Below, piece by piece: positions 16,388 to 29,522 of a DNA stretch of 64,000 nucleotides. The stretch's first letter is position 1. The number at the start of each line of letters is the position of its first letter. Made by a program: the position numbers and the translations under genes. The notes below the pieces were generated by a model. That model did no database searches and was not told the DNA's origin. It saw only the letters and a program-made list of their open reading frames with translations. Origin of the DNA: Macrostomum lignano (taxonomy: Eukaryota); NCBI GenBank assembly GCA_002269645.1, contig NIVC01000042.1:62001-126000 (forward strand), in the 5' to 3' direction.

Positions 16388-18100
16388 TTAGTTGGTTCCT
16401 CCCGTCTCTGCGCTCTTGTTTTTGTCGGCAGCTGCCAGCTTGTCATCTGTGCTGTAGCCCGGCATCATGGTCTTGTGCGAGTGGCGCTCCGCCTCCAGCA
16501 GCGCCTCCTTCTGTCGGAGCGTCTCCACCCGCAGCGGGTCGATCAGCCTGTCCATGTACTCCGGATCGCTGAAGTAGTTCATGTTCGGCAGGCGCTCCGT
16601 AGTCTGCTGAAAGTCCTTGCGGCCTCTGTAGGTCTTGTTCTTGCAGGCCCGGCGGAACAGGGTCGGCTGGTAGTTGATGCAGTTGCCGAAGGATGACGTG
16701 TACAGACCCTCGCTCTCTCGCTTGCCCGCCATCCAGGCGCTTCTTGGCACGTCCGCAATCATGTCCATGAGGCCGGTGTGGTCTGTAGGGTTGGTTGGTT
16801 GGGTTGTTGATTAGTTAATTCGTTGGCTAGTTTCTTTGTTGGTTTCTTGGTTTGTTGGTTTGTTGGTTTGTTGGTTTGTTGGTTAGGTGGTTTGTTGGTT
16901 TGTTGGTTAGGTGGTTTGTTGGTTTGTTGGTTTGTTGGTTTGCTGGTTTGTTGGTTTGCTGGTTTGTTGGTTAGGTGGTTTTTTGGTTTGTTGGTTTGTT
17001 GGTTTGTTGGTTTGTTGGTTTGTTGGTTAGGTGGTTTGTTGGTTTCTTGGTTTGTTGGTTTGTTGGTTTGTTGGTTTGTTGGTTAGGTGGTTTGTTGGTT
17101 TGTTGGTTTGTTGGTTAGTTGGTTTGTTGGTTTCTTGGTTTGTTGGTTTGTTGGTTAGGTGGTTTTTTGGTTTGTTGGTTTGTTGGTTTGTTGGTTTGTT
17201 GGTTTGTTGGTTTGTTGGTTTGTTGGTTTGTTGGTTTGTTGGTTTGTTGATTTGTTGGTTTGTTGGTTTGTTAGTTTGTTGATTTGTTGGTTTGTTGGTT
17301 TGTTGGTTTGTTGAGTTGTTGGTTTGTTGGTTTGTTGGTTTGTTGGTTTGTTGGTTTGTTGATTTGTTGGTTTGTTGGTTTGTTGATTTGTTGGTTAGTT
17401 GGTTCGTTAGTCAGTTGTTTATGTGGTTAGTTGGTTAGTTAGTTTGTTGGTTTGTTGTTTGTTTGTTTGTTTGTCTGTTTGTCTGTTGGCTTGCTTGCTT
17501 GCACATGCATGTATAGGCTGTACCTTGGGTCAGCAGCTCTCACTAGCAACACTAACACTAGCTATATTCGGACACTCATTCGTGCCCTGAACCTCAAGTC
17601 ATTGCTCAATTGAGTCAAGTGCTCTCAGTCTCACTCACACGTCTGCCAGTCCTCCAGCAGGCCGCCGCAAGGACCGTCAAGGACAACATCGGCCAGGGCG
17701 CCGCGGCCCAGTCCGAAGCGCTGGCACATGTAGAACAGCTTCGTGTTGTCGGGCGTCCATTCGTTAAAGGAAATCCTCGCCTTGACACCTTTGGCGTCGT
17801 GCACTTTACGCTGCTTGTACTCGGGAAAGTAGCCCTCTAGGATTTTGTTGAAGCTGCCGATCACAGACCGACTGACTCCGCGCACCTCGAAGATGCAGCA
17901 GCGCAGAACTCGGCCGCAGATCTTTCTTGAGCACATTCGGTTCTGTACGAAGAACAGGCAGCCAGTCTGGGTGCACGCGGCCCGAACCCGGGAGTCGCCA
18001 ATCATCTGCAGGGTCTTGTCATTGATGGGAGCGAGGTAGGCCTCTCTGTACCTGTACTCTCGGTACATGTCGCTTGGCAAGTCTTCAAAACGTTGCACCG
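16388..18100 (-). CDS. Hypothetical protein; exons 18100-17639 and 16782-16388; 274 aa if it starts at ATG 18068
   Basis: Two non-repetitive GC-rich ORFs join in frame through donor GTGAGT (17638) and acceptor CCTACAG (16783), phase 1. There is a T-rich acceptor at 18101. No family recognised. Confidence 0.7.
16790..17490. repeat. 8-bp repeat TTGGTTTG, intron of the orphan gene
   Basis: Direct inspection. Confidence 0.95.
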
Positions 18101-18436
18101 CTTTGAAACAAAAAACCGCTCAGACGCTCAGAGGTTCTGAAGTCGCTTCGTTATGGTCTAGGTGAGGTAGCTTAGGGTGGAACTTGGGCCACAGACATCC
18201 GGTTGTTGCTTGCAGTCTACAAGTGTACTTTTGCAACCAGCTTTGGCACTATATTCTTATATAACGTTATTTATTGTAAATTTTCCATAAAAACATTTCC
18301 TTCTAAAATTCGCTACTATAAGTAGAGTGTTCAGGTTATTCTGTTGCTATATGCTTTACAGAAACGCGTTGAAAAGCCACTTGGAGAACCGCTGATCCAT
18401 TGCTTACAGTTATTTTTAAAATTTTTCGTATAGAGA

Positions 18437-18865
18437 TGGAGAGTGACAGATGCAGAGTGACAAATGACGAGCGGCAGATGCAAAGTGATGGATGCAGAGT
18501 GACAGATATAGAGTGACAGTTACGAAATGACAGATACAGAGTGTCAGATACAGAGTGCCAGATACGGAGTGACAGATACAGAGTGACGGATACAGAGTGG
18601 CAGATACGGAGTGACAGATACAGAGTGACGGATATAGAGTGACGGGTACAGAGTGACGGATACAGAGTGACAGATACGGAGTGATAGATACAGAGTGACA
18701 GATATAGAGTGACGGATACAGAGTGACGGGTACAGAGTGACGGATACAGAGTGACAGATACAGAGTGACAGATATAGAGTGACGGATACAGAGTGACAGA
18801 TGAAAGGCGGCAAATACAGAGTGACAGATTGCAGAGTGACAATTGGAGAGTGACAGAAGGATTAC
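18437..18865. repeat. 14-bp minisatellite GAGTGACAGATACA
   Basis: Direct inspection. Confidence 0.9.
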
Positions 18866-19279
18866 GGAGAATGATTGAAGTCATAGGTGAGGACAGGAGA
18901 CAGATAGGCAGACAGAGTGGCTGAGCAAGTGATCCCAATCCACAGCACTTTAAATGCTATCAAGTTGCCTATCTGATATCCTCCGATATCAGAATTTCAA
19001 ATCACAGCTGTTTGATGAAGCTGCTGAGAGAACAGGCAACCCTAAAAAGATGAAGAGGACAGTCAGAGGAAGCTGAGTTTTTGAAAGAGACTCGTGCAGT
19101 CTCTGCAGCTGCAACAAAGTTGGATTGTGTGGGTGAGCTCTTCTGGCAGGTGGGGTGCATTGAACTATTTGCAGTTTCTGTTAGGAATAGAATGGTTTGA
19201 TTTTTAATAATAGACAGAGATTCAGTGTAAACAGGTGCAGGGACGTTGAGAAGGCCTTGACTAGAAGGAACCCGCACCA

Positions 19280-19648
19280 GGGTGTGAGAGGGGTGTGAGA
19301 TGGGAGAGGGTGTGAGATGCTGTGAGATGCTGTGAGAGGGTGGTAGATGGAGGGAAAGGGTGAGAGAGGGTGGTAGAGGCTGGAAGGTGGAAGAGGGTAG
19401 AAGAGGGTGGAAGAAGGTGGGAAAGGGTGGGAGAGGGTGGGAGAGGGTAGAAGATGGTGGGAGAGGGTGGGAGAGAGTGAAAGAGGGTGGGAGAGGGTGT
19501 GAGAGGTTTGGAGAGGGTGGGAGAGAGTGGAGATTATGGGAAAGGGTGGGATAGGATGGGAGAGTGTGAGAGAGGATGGGAGAGGATGGGAGAGTGTGGG
19601 ATTGGGTAGGAGAGTGTGGGAGAGGATAAGAGAGGATGGGGGAGGTCA
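19280..19648. repeat. Degenerate 10-bp G-rich repeat GGGAGAGGGT
   Basis: Direct inspection. Confidence 0.85.
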
Positions 19649-20344
19649 AGTTGTCGATCCGTGAAAAAGCTTAACTTACTTTTCCATATTTCTGTAGGAA
19701 TTAAGGAACCCAGAGCAGCCTGTAATGATAAATCTTGTTGTTGAGTGCGAAGTCCGATTCCAGTCCAGTTCGGCTACGCAAAGGTCCCTGGCAGGTGACG
19801 GATTTAACTGCGGCTGCATCAGAAATTAAATCTGTATAAATCCGTGCTAGCGGGCTGGGCCAGCTGTCTCCCGGAACGGAAAGATGGGGTAGAGAGAGGT
19901 GAGAGAGACATTCAGGCAAGAATTTTCTGCTGACTTCCTGATTACAGACAGGCGGAGAGTGCTGGACCCTCAGCCTCTTTAGCCTAAAGACGCCTTCAGT
20001 TCCCCACTCAGAGGATGAAGCTGTCAAGCAGAATAGGATAAATCTTCTCATATTTTGCAGCAAAGCGGGGTCCGGGCTCGAATCCTTCGGAGAAGAGAAG
20101 GTGAGAAAATTTGAGCAGCCCCCGTCTTTCCATCTTGTTAATTAGCCGGACTAAAACCGTTGTCGGAACTTGTCATGAGAAAATCCTTTTTGTATTTATT
20201 GAGCCAGGGAGGGCTGTGCTGAGCTAATTACCAGACAGAGAACTCGAGGTGCCGGTGCAGTCCGTGCCGTTTCCCGCTGGTCAGAATTTTTCTATATTTT
20301 TTATTCCTTTCGTCATTTCGGATTCACACTCAGTCTAATTTGGT

Positions 20345-21110
20345 TAGGGTGGGAGAGGGTGGGAGAGGGTGCGAGAGGGTGTGAGAGGGTTGGAGAGGGT
20401 GGGATAGGGTGGGAGAGGGTGGGAGAGGGTTGGAGAGGGTGGGATAGGGTGGGAGAGGGTGGGAGAGGATGGGAGAGGATGGGAGAGGATGGGAGAGGAT
20501 TGGAGAGGATGGGAGAGGGTTGGAAAGGGTGGGAGAGGATGGGAGAGGATGGGAGAGGATTGGAGAGGATGGGAGAGGGTTGGAAAGGGTGGGAGAGGGT
20601 GGGAGGGGATGGGAGAGGATGGGAGAGGATGGGAGAGGGTTGGAAAGGGTGGGAGAGGGTGGGAGGGGATGGGAGAGGATGGGAGAGGATGGGAGAGGGT
20701 TGGAAAGGGTGGGAGAGGGTGGGAGAGGATGGGAGAGGGTGGGAAAGGATGGGAGAGGGTGGGAGAGGGTGGGAGAGGGTGGGAGAGGATGGGAGAGGGT
20801 GGGAGAGGGTGGGAGAGGGTGGGATAGGGTTGGAAAGAGTGGGAGAGGGTGGGAGGGGATGGGAGAGGATGGGAGAGGGTGGGAAAGGATGGGAGAGGGT
20901 GGGAGAGGGTGGGAGAGGGTGGGATAGGGTTGGAAAGGGTGAGAGAGGGTGGGAAAGGATGGGAGAGGGTGGGAGAGGGTGGGAGAGGGTGGGATAGGGT
21001 TGGAAAGGGTGAGAGAGGGTGGGAGGGGATGGGAGAGGATGGGAGAGGATGGGAGAGGATGGGAGAGGATGGGAGAGGGTGGGAGAGGATGGGAGAGGAT
21101 GGGAGAGGAT
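20345..21110. repeat. 10-bp G-rich repeat GGGAGAGG(G/A)T
   Basis: Direct inspection. Confidence 0.95.
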
Positions 21111-21667
21111 GCAGTGTTGCTGGCAGATCATTCAAACCAGGTGGCCATTAATTGCCAGTACAATTGCTGCATAGCAGGGTGCACTTCACCAAGGCAACCA
21201 AACAATACCCTTCACCAACACGAGCTTATCAGATCAGCGGCCTCGATGCCATAAATATGCATTCGAGATGACTATCAGTTTTTTCATAATGCCTTGACTT
21301 TTCCTTTCAGCCGATTATGAACTGAAGTAGGCAATCTATCTAGCAATTTTCGGATGGGTCATTGCTAAATATGTGTCACGCAGGTGCGAGTCAGTTGCTA
21401 GGGCACCACCAGCCGGTGGGGGTAATTTTCGAAAGCAGGAGAAATGCAATTGGAAACAAAGCCAAGCTCAAGCCGCGACGCGAACATTAATGACCCTGTT
21501 GACATTTCTGAAAAAAACACAATTTTCCTTTCTTTTATAAGGCAAAAATGAGGAAATTTATCCCAAAGAACAGGTCTGAAATTTGACTCCAGATTGACGA
21601 ATTCCTCTGGACTATCATGATATGGGAGACGGGAGATAACTGGGACTGAGACTGGGACTGAGACTGG

Positions 21668-22335
21668 GAGCGGGAGAGAGCGGGAGAGAGCGGGAGAGAG
21701 CGGGGAGAGCGGGGGAGAGCGGGGGAGAGCGGGAGAGAGCGGGAGAGAGCGCGAGAGAGCGGGGGAGAGCGGGGGAGAGCGGGAGAGAGCGGGAGAGAGC
21801 GCGAGAGAGCGGGGAGAGCGGGGGAGAGCGGGGGAGAGCGGGAGAGAGCGGGAGAGAGCGCGAGAGAGCGGGGGAGAGCGGGGGAGAGCGGGAGAGAGCG
21901 GGGGAGAGCGGGAGAGAGCGGGAGAGAGCGGGAGAGAGCGGGAGAGAGCGGGAGAGAGCGGGAGAGAGCGGGAGAGAGCGGGAGAGAGCGCGAGAGAGCG
22001 GGGGAGAGCGGGGGAGAGCGGGAGAGAGCGCGAGAGAGCGGGGGAGAGCGGGGGAGAGCGGGAGAGAGCGGGAGAGAGCGCGAGAGAGCGGGGGAGAGCG
22101 CGAGAGAGCGCGAGAGAGCGGGGGAGAGCGGGAGAGAGCGGGGGAGAGCGGGAGAGGGCGGGAGAGAGCGGGAGAGAGCGGGAGAGAGCGGGAGAGAGAG
22201 CGGGAGAGAGCGGGAGAGAGCGGGAGAGAGCGGGAGAGAGCGGGAGAGAGCGGGAGAGAGCGGGAGAGAGCGGGAGAGAGCGGGAGAGCGCGGAAAAGAG
22301 CGGGAGAGAGCGGGAGAGAGTGGGAGAGAGTGGGA
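21668..22335. repeat. 10-bp repeat GGGAGAGAGC
   Basis: Direct inspection. Confidence 0.95.
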
Positions 22336-23371
22336 AGAGGCCAGATGACGCATTAAACGAGTATGATAAAAATAAATTTTGAACAAGGAAGTTAGACAGC
22401 AGTAACAGTAAGCAGGAGCTAGGGGTCTGGATCTGAGAGAGCGTTTGCTCTGAGGTTTAAAGTCAGAAAATTTCTGCAATCTAACGTCGATGTCATTCTA
22501 CTTCCCTGAGCAAAGCAGTCAGGGCTGCAACGCGAGTCGCTCAAAGGTTAATAAATGCCTCATTTGAGGTCGCTAAACTCATCTTTCAATTCTCCACCCT
22601 TTGATTTTCAATCTTATACACCACCAGTCTGCATTGAAGATTCTCAATTACAAGTGTAGTCAGAGATTTAACATCAGCTAATGATGCAATCAATATGTGA
22701 TAGTGTTTGGGGCCCATGACTCTACAGGGAAATGATGCAAGCACCCTTCTGTACATGCGGGCCTAAACTTGAAAGCAATTATTCAGTGACCCCTGCATGG
22801 ATGAATTCAAGAGAACCCGAATGCTCTGTATGGCACAGTGTGTAATTGCCTTAACTCCCGCATGCGAAATTAACCTCCCAAAAGCATTGCAACACCTGTT
22901 CTTGTACTGGCTACACGAATCAGCTTTCACTGCTAAAATATTGTATGAGTACGCAAGCCCTAATTGAATGTGTTTTCTCCCGGTCAGATGTGTCTCATAA
23001 AAATTATTAATTCATAATTATTAATCTTCGAAATTGAAGGAGTTAAAATTGCAATGATTTATTCCAACAATTTTGGGTGTGCCGCATTAATATATTTGCA
23101 TTGATAAAATTACTGAACCCGGAAATATAAGCTCGACATTGATGAGGAACGGAGAGAACTCCCAGACTCCCCCAGTCCAATAGCGCAAAGAGCTCGTGCT
23201 CAAATGCCAACCAATGAGATTCGAGCCGCATCTGCCGCAACCCCTCCACCCACCCATCTCACTTCCCCTATAGCTGGGCCCACGCGGAGCGTCTACGGAC
23301 CTCGCCCAGTTCCCTTCCCATCGACTCAAAGGCTTACAGTCTGCAGATCATCGATAATCCCCCCTCTCAGC

Positions 23372-26300
23372 ATGGCCTTCTCCCCGCTGCAGTCATTTGC
23401 TCACCCCAGTTCTTCTCTGAGTGAAAATGTCGGAATTGGCGACAGAGAATCCTGCACTGCTGGCGTGGCGACCAGCGGCAGCGACAGCGGTGGCGGCATC
23501 GGCGGCAGCCAGGTGAGACCAATGTGTGCTCAAAATCTTTTTTATGATTCCTTGGAGCTGTTGTTTAGTTTTGCTAGGATATGGTGGGAGCCTGCTTCAC
23601 TGTAGCAGATTTTTAGACAGCGGCTAAGTGCTAAATCTCAAGCTGCTGTGATTTACAATCTGAATAGCCAACCCGTTAGAATTAGTCGGGAATATCTTTG
23701 GAAACGTAGACCTTCTTGAATTGTACAGGAATTCTCGAACAGTTGCATTTTTTGGAAATTATTAATTCTTGGAAAGCAAGAATTCTCGGAAAGTAAGATT
23801 TCTTAACAGTATGATTTCTTAGAAAGTATGATTTCTTAGAAAGTATTAATTCTCGGAAAAGCATCTGAATTCTTGGAAAATATGACTTCTTGGAAAGTAC
23901 GACTTCTTAGAAAGCTGCGCTGGAATCGTTGAACGTTTTAATCTTAATGTTAAATTCTCGAAAAGCTTGAATTGTTGAATAGATAAAGTTCTTTCAGGTT
24001 AGAATTGATAGCAAGTGAAAGTATAGTGAAAGTTTAAATTCTTCAAAAGCGCGAACTAACTCAATCTTTAATCTTCTTGCAGAGTCCGTTCTCGCTTCAA
24101 CCGCCGCAGCTGCCGCCACCGCCGCCGCCTCCCGCAGTGTACCCGGACGCCAGCGGTCACCACTTCGTCAGCCTCTACGGTCCGGCGGCGTACGCGGCAG
24201 CCGCCCAGTCTCGGATTCTGTCCAGCCTGCAGGGGGGCAGCGGCGGCGGCGGCGTCGGTGTCGGAGGCGGCGGGGAAGTTGTCGGAGGCAGCAACTATGG
24301 GCCGGCGGCGGCTGCCACCCAGGGCTACGCCGGGCACATGGCGGCCGCAGCCGCTGCAGCTGCACCTTGGCGAGGCGGCGGTGGAGGACCCGGTGGCCAC
24401 CCGGGATATCCGGGATGTTACGAGACCGCCTGGCACCCAGCCGCGGCCTACGCCTACGCCAGCAAGTGAGGATTTGCAATACGTCTCTTTTCTAGCGTAT
24501 TCAAATTTATGTTCGAGCTCATCTAATTTAATCTAATCTGATCTAATCTAATCTAATCTAATCTAATCTAATTTAATCTAATCTAATCTAGTCTAGTCTA
24601 ATCTAATCTAATCTAATCTAATCTAATCTAATCTAATCTAATCTAATCTCATCTCATCTCATCTCATCTCATCTCATCTCATCTCATCTAAACTGCATTG
24701 CTGCAAAACTTATTGATTAAGAATTGTAATTGCATGCTGTTTTGCTCTCCGTCCATTGGCCTAGAGCTCCTAGCCAATCAAAATCAACCGGCGTGAGGTG
24801 GCTGCTCAGTGCTATAGGGTAGGGGTAGAAAGATGCATAGCTAAACAGCCAATCCCGTTCAACCTGCCACCCACCACAGCCCAATTCACGATCTGAATGG
24901 TCAGCGACGCAAGAATGCTACTAGAGAGAGCACGGCCACGCTCAAGGCCTGGCTCGGCGAGCACAAGAGCAATCCCTATCCGACCAAAGGCGAGAAAATC
25001 ATGTTGGCCATCATCACCAAGATGACGCTCACTCAGGTGTCAACCTGGTTTGCCAACGCTCGCCGCCGATTGAAGAAGGAGAATAAGATGACCTGGAGTG
25101 AGAGGAACTCGCAGGCTGAGGCTCGCGAGCCCGAGGACGAGGACGAGGAGGACGAAGACGGAGGAAGCGTCGGAGGGAGGAACGACCGCTACTGCGGCGT
25201 CGCGGACAGCTGCGGTGAGTTGAGATTCTACTAGGGTGAGATTCTACTAGGGTGAGATTCTACTAGGGTGAGATTCTACTAGGGTGAGATTCTACTAGGG
25301 TGAGATTCTACTAGGGTGAGATTCTACTAGGGTGAGATTCTACTAGGGTGAGATTCTACTAGGGTGAGATTCTACTAGGGTGAGATTCTACTAGGGTGAG
25401 ATTCTACTAGGGTGAGATTCTACTAGGGTGAGATTCTACTAGGGTGAGATTCTACTAGGGTGAGATTCTACTAGGGTGAGATTCTACTAGGGTGAGATTC
25501 TACTAGGGTGAGATTCTACTAGGGTGAGATTCTACTAGGGTGAGATTCTACTAGGGTGAGATTCTACTAGGGTGAGATTCTACTAGGGTGAGATTCTACT
25601 AGGGTGAGATTCTACTAGGGTGAGATTCTACTAGGGTGAGATTCTACTAGGGTGAGATTCTACTAGGGTGAGATTCTACTAGGGTGAGATTCTACTAGGG
25701 TGAGATTCTACTAGGGTGAGATTCTACTAGGGTGAGATTCTACTAGGGTGAGATTCTACTAGGGTGAGATTCTACTAGGGTGAGATTCTACTAGGGTGAG
25801 ATTCTACTAGGGTGAGATTCTACTAGGGTGAGATTCTACTAGGGTGAGATTCTACTAGGGTGAGATTCTACTAGGGTGAGATTCTACTAGGGTGAGATTC
25901 TACTAGGGTGAGATTCTACTAGGGTGAGATTCTACTAGGGTGAGATTCTACTAGGGTGAGATTCTACCAGGGTGAGATTCTACTGGGGTGAGATTCTACT
26001 AGGCCAACGATCACCCGCAGGCGGCCTGCCGGTCAAGTCGGACGCCAAGCGGCCCTACGCCGCCATCGCCACCGTCGGGGAGGCGGATGTCGATAAGGAC
26101 GTGGCCGACAATGCCGGGACGGACGAGACGCCGATTGGCGCTGGCGACTTCGGCCGTCCAAAAATCTGGTCTCTGGCCGGCGCGGCGGCGTCGGTGCCGG
26201 ATTTGTCGGTCGCCGATTTGTCGCCGCCGCCACCGTCAGCCAAGCAGCCCCGGTTTTGCCCGGCTGCAACCGCTACGACGTCGGGTGCCACCGCCGCCGC

Positions 26301-26571
26301 CGCCGCCGCTGCCGCCGCCGCTGCTGCCGCCGCCGCCGCCGCTCACGCCGCCGGCAGTCTTGGCGACTATCCAGCAGCTTTCCCCTCGACTGCTGACTGT
26401 CTGGGGCAACTGCATCAGCATCAGCATCATCAGCAGCAGCAGCATCAGCACTACCTGCAGCATCATTACCAGCCTCATCAGCCAGGCCAGCTGCAGCATC
26501 ATCACGTGACCGGTGGCGGCGGCGGAGTCGGTCACCACGGATTGCTGAGATGCGACCAAACCTCGCTCTAA
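23372..26571 (+). CDS. Irx: Iroquois-class TALE homeobox transcription factor, ~469 aa; exons 23372-23512, 24083-24465, 24880-25214, 26021-26571
   Basis: Homeodomain [64 protein letters not shown], followed by an acidic stretch, IRO box RPKIWSLA, a 17-Ala run and a Q/H-rich tract. Splice phases are consistent. Exon 1 is less certain. Confidence 0.95.
24525..24690. repeat. (AATCT)n/(ATCTC)n pentamer repeat, Irx intron 2
   Basis: Direct inspection. Confidence 0.9.
25221..26002. repeat. 16-bp near-perfect minisatellite GGGTGAGATTCTACTA (~48 copies) filling Irx intron 3
   Basis: Direct inspection. Confidence 0.97.
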
Positions 26572-26966
26572 CAAGAGCTTAAATTCTGTTTTTTTTCATG
26601 GTTGATCAACTGAGATCGTTTTGCATGATTGTGTGTCGGTTAAATCTAAGTTAACTGACTTGTCAACAATAGCATATTTCTTACGGAAAACTGTGTACGC
26701 TCGTAAATCCTATGTTCATTGCATCCTGTGGTGTCGTGTTGCTGCAGCCTATTGGTGACACTCAATTTCTATTAGGCTCCAACTGTTGCCGCATGTTTTA
26801 TTGAACTGTTCATCTTGTGCTGGAGTTGGGAACTGCTTTGCTGGCGCACAGGAATTATTAATAATTTAATTGTTTTGTCGGCACCGAAATAATTAACAAT
26901 ACACTGGCACTGATTTGGTGTCTTTATTGAATTGCAACTTCTCATTGTTTGCTTACTCTTGTCTCC

Positions 26967-27530
26967 GCTACCTCCTCTACTTCCTCTACCTCCTCTACCT
27001 CCTCTACCTCCTCTACCTCCTCTACTTCCTCTACCTCCGCTACCTCCTCTACCTCCTCTACCTCCTCTACTTCCTCTACTTCCTCTACCTCCTCTACCTC
27101 CTCTACCTCCTCTACCTCCTCTACCTCCTCTACCTCCTCTACCTCCTCTACCTCCTCTACCTCCTCTACCTCCTCTACCTCCTCTACCTCCTCTACCTCC
27201 TCTACCTCCTCTACCTCCTCTACCTCTGCTACCTCCTTTACCTCCGCTACCTACCGGACCTCCTCTACCTCCGCTACCTACCGGACCTCCTCTACCTCCG
27301 CTACCTTCTCTACCCTGTCTCTTCTACCTACCCTACCTCCTTTGCCTCCACTAGCTACCCTACATACGGCACCTACCCTACCTCTGGTACCTACCCTACC
27401 TCCTCTACCTACCCTTACCTCCAGTACCTACCCTTACCTCCGCTACCTACCCTTACCTCCAGTAACTACCCTACCTTCACTACCTACCCTACAAACGGTA
27501 CCTACCCTACTTCCGGTACCTACACTACTT
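26967..27530. repeat. 9-bp pyrimidine-rich repeat CCTCTACCT with degenerate tail
   Basis: Direct inspection. Confidence 0.92.
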
Positions 27531-28159
27531 CTTCAATGATAAACCGGCTTATTGTAATAAGACTGGGAGTATTTTTGCCTGACTCGAGCCGACCCCCCGA
27601 CCGGACGCGCCTGAGCAGAAGACATTCAGCTCAGCGCAGCGCTGAATCAGAAAAATCGGAAAATAGTGAATAACGCAATTGAGCCCCCCCCCCCAATATC
27701 CAATTTCTACTTGAATGAGTTCCACTTCACCCCAGCACTGTCAGATTTTATTAGAGTCAGCCTCCCGTTAGGTCGGCCTTTTAATGCACAACTCGACAGG
27801 ATCCATTGCTATGCTACGTTAATTGGCAGGCTATCAGGTGGGAGCGGGTCCTCCACCCACTGTGAGATCCCCGCCCTCCCTGGGGCCAGCCGGATATGAG
27901 ACTACAATGGATTGGGCCGGGGGTGGCAGCACTACAAAGGAGAATGAGAGAGGGAGAGAGGAGGAGAGCTGGACACGCGACACGAGATGCTGTGTTCCTG
28001 GTCTGTTGGCCTGTCCGTCTGTCTGCATGTCTTTACGAGCGTATAGGCCCAAGGCAATACTGGCTTATTAGTCTCACTCACTGGGCAGAGATGGAAGAGA
28101 GAGATGGATCAGTGGGACGGGAGATACGAGTAAGAGATGGAAATTAGAGAAAATAGAAA

Positions 28160-28921
28160 AGAGACAAGAGAGACAATAGAGACTCCAGACAGATATGAGA
28201 GAGACAAGACATACACCAGACAGACACGAGAGAGGCGGCACCGGAGAGACACGAGAGAAACACCAGACAAACACGAGAGAGACACCAGACAGACACAATA
28301 GAGACACCATAAAGACACGAGAGAGACACCAGACAGACACGAGAGAGACACCAGGCAGACACGAGAGAGACGCTAGACAGATATGAGAGAGACAAGAGAG
28401 ACACAAGACAGACACAAGAGAGACACCAGACAGACACAAGAGAGACACCAGACAGACACGAGAGAGACACCATAAAGACACGAGAGAGACACCAGACAGA
28501 CACGAGAGAGACACCATAAAGACACGAGAGAGACACCATAAAGACACGAGAGACACCAGGCAGACACGAGAGAGACACCAGGCAGACACGAGAGAGACAC
28601 CAGGCAGACACGAGAGAGACACCAGGCAGACACGAGAGAGACACCAGGCAGACACGAGAGAGACACCAGGCAGACACGAGAGAGACACCAGGCAGACATG
28701 AGAGAGACACCAGACAGACACAAGAGAGACACCAGACAGACACAAGAGAGACACCAGACAGACACGAGAGAGACACCATAAAGACACGAGAGAGACACCA
28801 GACAGACACGAGAGAGACACCATAAAGACACGAGAGAGACACCAGGCAGACACGAGAGAGACACCAGGCAGACACGAGAGAGACACCAGGCAGACACGAG
28901 AGAGACACCAGGCAGACACGA
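28160..28921. repeat. 22-bp minisatellite CACGAGAGAGACACCAG(G/A)CAGA
   Basis: Direct inspection. Confidence 0.93.
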
Positions 28922-29522
28922 GTTTAGTTGCTGCTTCAATTGGAAAAAGGACAGAATGAAAAAACGAATGGAATGGATGATTCCAGACAAGTCGCCTCCA
29001 CTTCGCATGGCAGTCCATCCTCGCCATTGCTGCTTGAAGTCTCTTCTAAAAGCAGAAGACAGTGTCACGCCTGAGTGTCCGCCCGCCACGAGTTCCTATT
29101 TGCCCAGAGCCACTGCCGCCCTTCCCCAGGGGCCCGGAACGGCCGCTGGTCAAGAGCACGTGTCTCGCCCTGCTCAATTTCACAACTCTTCCGAGAGCGT
29201 TGCTGCTCCTAGTAGGGAAGAGGAAAGCAGAAGAAAGAGGGCTGCTATTGATCCATAGGATAAGATCGATGATGATAGATTAGTTGACACCGACCTCTGC
29301 TCTCTGCGTTGGCCCTTTTAACCAGAGTTCAAGAAACACTTATGCTAATGACTGAACTGCAGCTGGGGATAAATATTTGGAGTTTGGATCGATTTGTGTT
29401 CTGCTAACTCAGCCCCCCCCCCCCCGCTGTGTCTGCTCCCCTCGATTGTGCTGTGTCCTGCTTTCTAATATTTGAGCATTCATGTTATTTTTGCTATTAA
29501 TAATTTATTAAGTTTCTCGTGT

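Noticed and set aside
19701-20063. 120-aa minus-strand ORF as first exon of the orphan gene
   Set aside because: It ends in a stop with no suitable phase-1 donor, and the composition is not convincingly coding.
20070-20090. Isolated B-box-like motifs (also near 13390 and 30645)
   Set aside because: No A box at proper spacing, no tail and no TSD.
25221-26002. Regular short direct repeats superficially like a CRISPR array (also 29523-30330)
   Set aside because: There are no unique spacers and no cas genes, and the context is eukaryotic and intronic.
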